A stretch of DNA of 28,156 bases. Origin: an uncultured Thermoplasmata archaeon. Its GTDB lineage: Archaea; Thermoplasmatota; Thermoplasmata; Halarchaeoplasmatales; Halarchaeoplasmataceae. How positions within the stretch are numbered: the first letter of the stretch is position 1; each line of letters opens with the position of its first letter. The stretch spans positions 1-28,156 of the forward strand of contig CAYNQI010000012.1 in assembly GCA_964399335.1 (NCBI GenBank), written 5' to 3'. A program made the translations under genes and the position numbers. Positions 26,790 through 28,156 of this stretch are shown here, in pieces. The notes beneath the pieces were generated by a model. The model made no database searches. It was not told the DNA's origin and saw nothing but the letters and a program-made list of their open reading frames with translations.

Positions 26790-26823
26790 GGATTTTTTAT
26801 TCTCTTTGGATAAGAAAATCCAA
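26790..26823. promoter_or_regulatory. Candidate operator between the divergent HTH-CBS and mat genes
   Basis: TTGGAT-AAGAAA-ATCCAA (26806-26823, perfect 6-bp arms), overlapping a second repeat GGATTTT(26790-96)/AAAATCC(26815-21). Confidence 0.45.
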
Positions 26824-26877
26824 TTGAGATCATTATGAATCGAGTTAATAGAATCAGCATTTAAAGAGGAGAAGATC

Positions 26878-28074
26878 ATGAAAAATAATATAGCGGCAGA
26901 AACTCTAATAGAAACTCCCATCGAGAAGCAGGAAATCGAGATAGTGGAGAGGAAGGGTATAGGTCATCCAGATAGTATAGCTGACGGGATCGCAGAGGAG
27001 ATAAGTAGAGGTCTTTCTAAGATGTATATCGAAAAACATGATAGGATTTTACACCACAATACAGATGAAGTCCAGATCGTAGGTGGACAAGCTGATCCAA
27101 AATTTGGAGGAGGCGAAGTCTTAGAGCCGATTTACATCCTTTTGGTCGGTAGAGCTATCACTGAAGTTAACGGTAAAAGACTGCCATACAAAAGTACCGC
27201 GTTGAATGCAGCTGAGGAGTATTTACGTGATACTTGTACTCATCTAGACCTAGACCATGACGTTATGTTGGACTGCAGGATAAGTCAAGGTTCGGTAGAT
27301 CTAAGAGATGTTTACGATACCAGTACGAATAATGCAAACGATACTTCGTTCGGAGTGTCTTTTGCTCCTATGAGTGATACAGAAAGAGTGGCTTTAGAAG
27401 TTGAACGCTTTATCAACGGTCCATTGAAGAAAGATCTTGTTGAAGTTGGACAGGACATCAAAGTTATGGCTGTAAGGATGGGAAATGAGATAGATCTGAC
27501 AATCGCAGCGGCGATGATAGATAGATACGTACCGGATCCTGATCATTATAAGAGTGTAGTTGAGGAATTGAAATCTAGGGTTCACGATAAAGCGTTGGAG
27601 ATAACTGACAGAGACATAAAAGTGGATGTAAACACTGCTGATAATTACGATAATGGTACTTATTATCTGACAGTTACCGGTTTATCCATGGAAAATGGTG
27701 ACGACGGTTCAGTGGGAAGAGGTAACCGGGCAAACGGTCTCATCACCCCCTTCAGACCGATGAGCATGGAGGCTGCGGCTGGAAAGAATCCTGTTACCCA
27801 CGTAGGTAAACTTTACAACATCGCTTCTAAATTGATAGCTGAAGACATCTATGAGGAAGTCGGAGATAGTATCCACGACGTATTCGTTAGACTCGTTTCT
27901 CAGATCGGTAAACCGATATCAAAACCTCAAGCTGCAAGTATCCAGCTGGTGGTTCCGGAAGAAAACGATTATTCAAAAGAGTTGGAGATCGCTGAAGCTA
28001 TCGCAGAGAAACATCTAGAGAATATACATGATATCACCGATATGGTTCTAAATGGTGAGGTAACCGTATTTTAA
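26878..28074 (+). CDS. mat: S-adenosylmethionine synthetase, archaeal type
   Basis: [97 protein letters not shown]. Confidence 0.97.
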   Translation: MKNNIAAETLIETPIEKQEIEIVERKGIGHPDSIADGIAEEISRGLSKMYIEKHDRILHHNTDEVQIVGGQADPKFGGGEVLEPIYILLVGRAITEVNGKRLPYKSTALNAAEEYLRDTCTHLDLDHDVMLDCRISQGSVDLRDVYDTSTNNANDTSFGVSFAPMSDTERVALEVERFINGPLKKDLVEVGQDIKVMAVRMGNEIDLTIAAAMIDRYVPDPDHYKSVVEELKSRVHDKALEITDRDIKVDVNTADNYDNGTYYLTVTGLSMENGDDGSVGRGNRANGLITPFRPMSMEAAAGKNPVTHVGKLYNIASKLIAEDIYEEVGDSIHDVFVRLVSQIGKPISKPQAASIQLVVPEENDYSKELEIAEAIAEKHLENIHDITDMVLNGEVTVF

Positions 28075-28081
28075 CTATTTA

Positions 28082-28132
28082 CCCAAGAAGTCACCTTCCT
28101 AAATCTCTGATTTAGGTGGGTGATGAATTGGG
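28082..28132 (+). repeat. IS200/IS605-like end hairpin (solo palindrome or left end of an element beyond the window); may double as the mat terminator
   Basis: CCCAA/TTGGG outer pair, TCACC/GGTGA, CCTAAATC-TCT-GATTTAGG. Shares CCTTCCT with the 7560 hairpin and TTTAGGTGGG with the 8871 hairpin. Followed by a T-tract. Confidence 0.6.
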
Positions 28133-28156
28133 GTGTTTTTTCAATCACACTTTCAC

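Noticed and set aside
1-28156. CRISPR array, tRNA, rRNA, SRP or RNase P RNA
   Set aside because: There are no regularly spaced repeats or cloverleafs, and no intergenic space large enough apart from the regions already explained.

Overview
Archaeal chromosomal segment, mostly housekeeping genes. It is AT-rich (spot counts about 38-40% GC in host genes) and many proteins are D/E-rich. Gene content and order fit a euryarchaeon, most plausibly a salt-adapted Thermoplasmatota lineage (inference). In order: prs (partial), NAC, a 908-aa multi-pass membrane/bPH/ectodomain fusion, class I lysS, a GfcR-like HTH-PRTase, a small membrane protein, UDP-glucose dehydrogenase, a decayed IS200/IS605 (IS1341-type, tnpB-only) element at 7550-8900, ABCE1/Rli1, scpA-smc, a 54-aa ORF missing from the track, DUF655-rpo4-rpl21e-pus10, a truncated MgtC/SapB gene, a GNAT, a zinc-ribbon protein, aIF5B, a 1507-aa anchored S8 protease with 4 PKD domains coupled to an HTH-CBS regulator, archaeal SAM synthetase, and a second IS200/IS605-like end hairpin at the right edge. 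Best leads: (1) the HTH-CBS regulator is divergent from mat, with a palindromic candidate operator and a coupled surface protease, which may be a SAM/adenylate-sensing circuit; (2) the dead TnpB element has inferable ends and TAM, its omega-RNA guide equals the rli promoter, and its right-end guide tetranucleotide is split by a 67-nt structured insert; (3) the 908-aa fusion; (4) a face-to-face promoter/inverted-repeat switch upstream of smc. No CRISPR array, tRNA or rRNA was seen.
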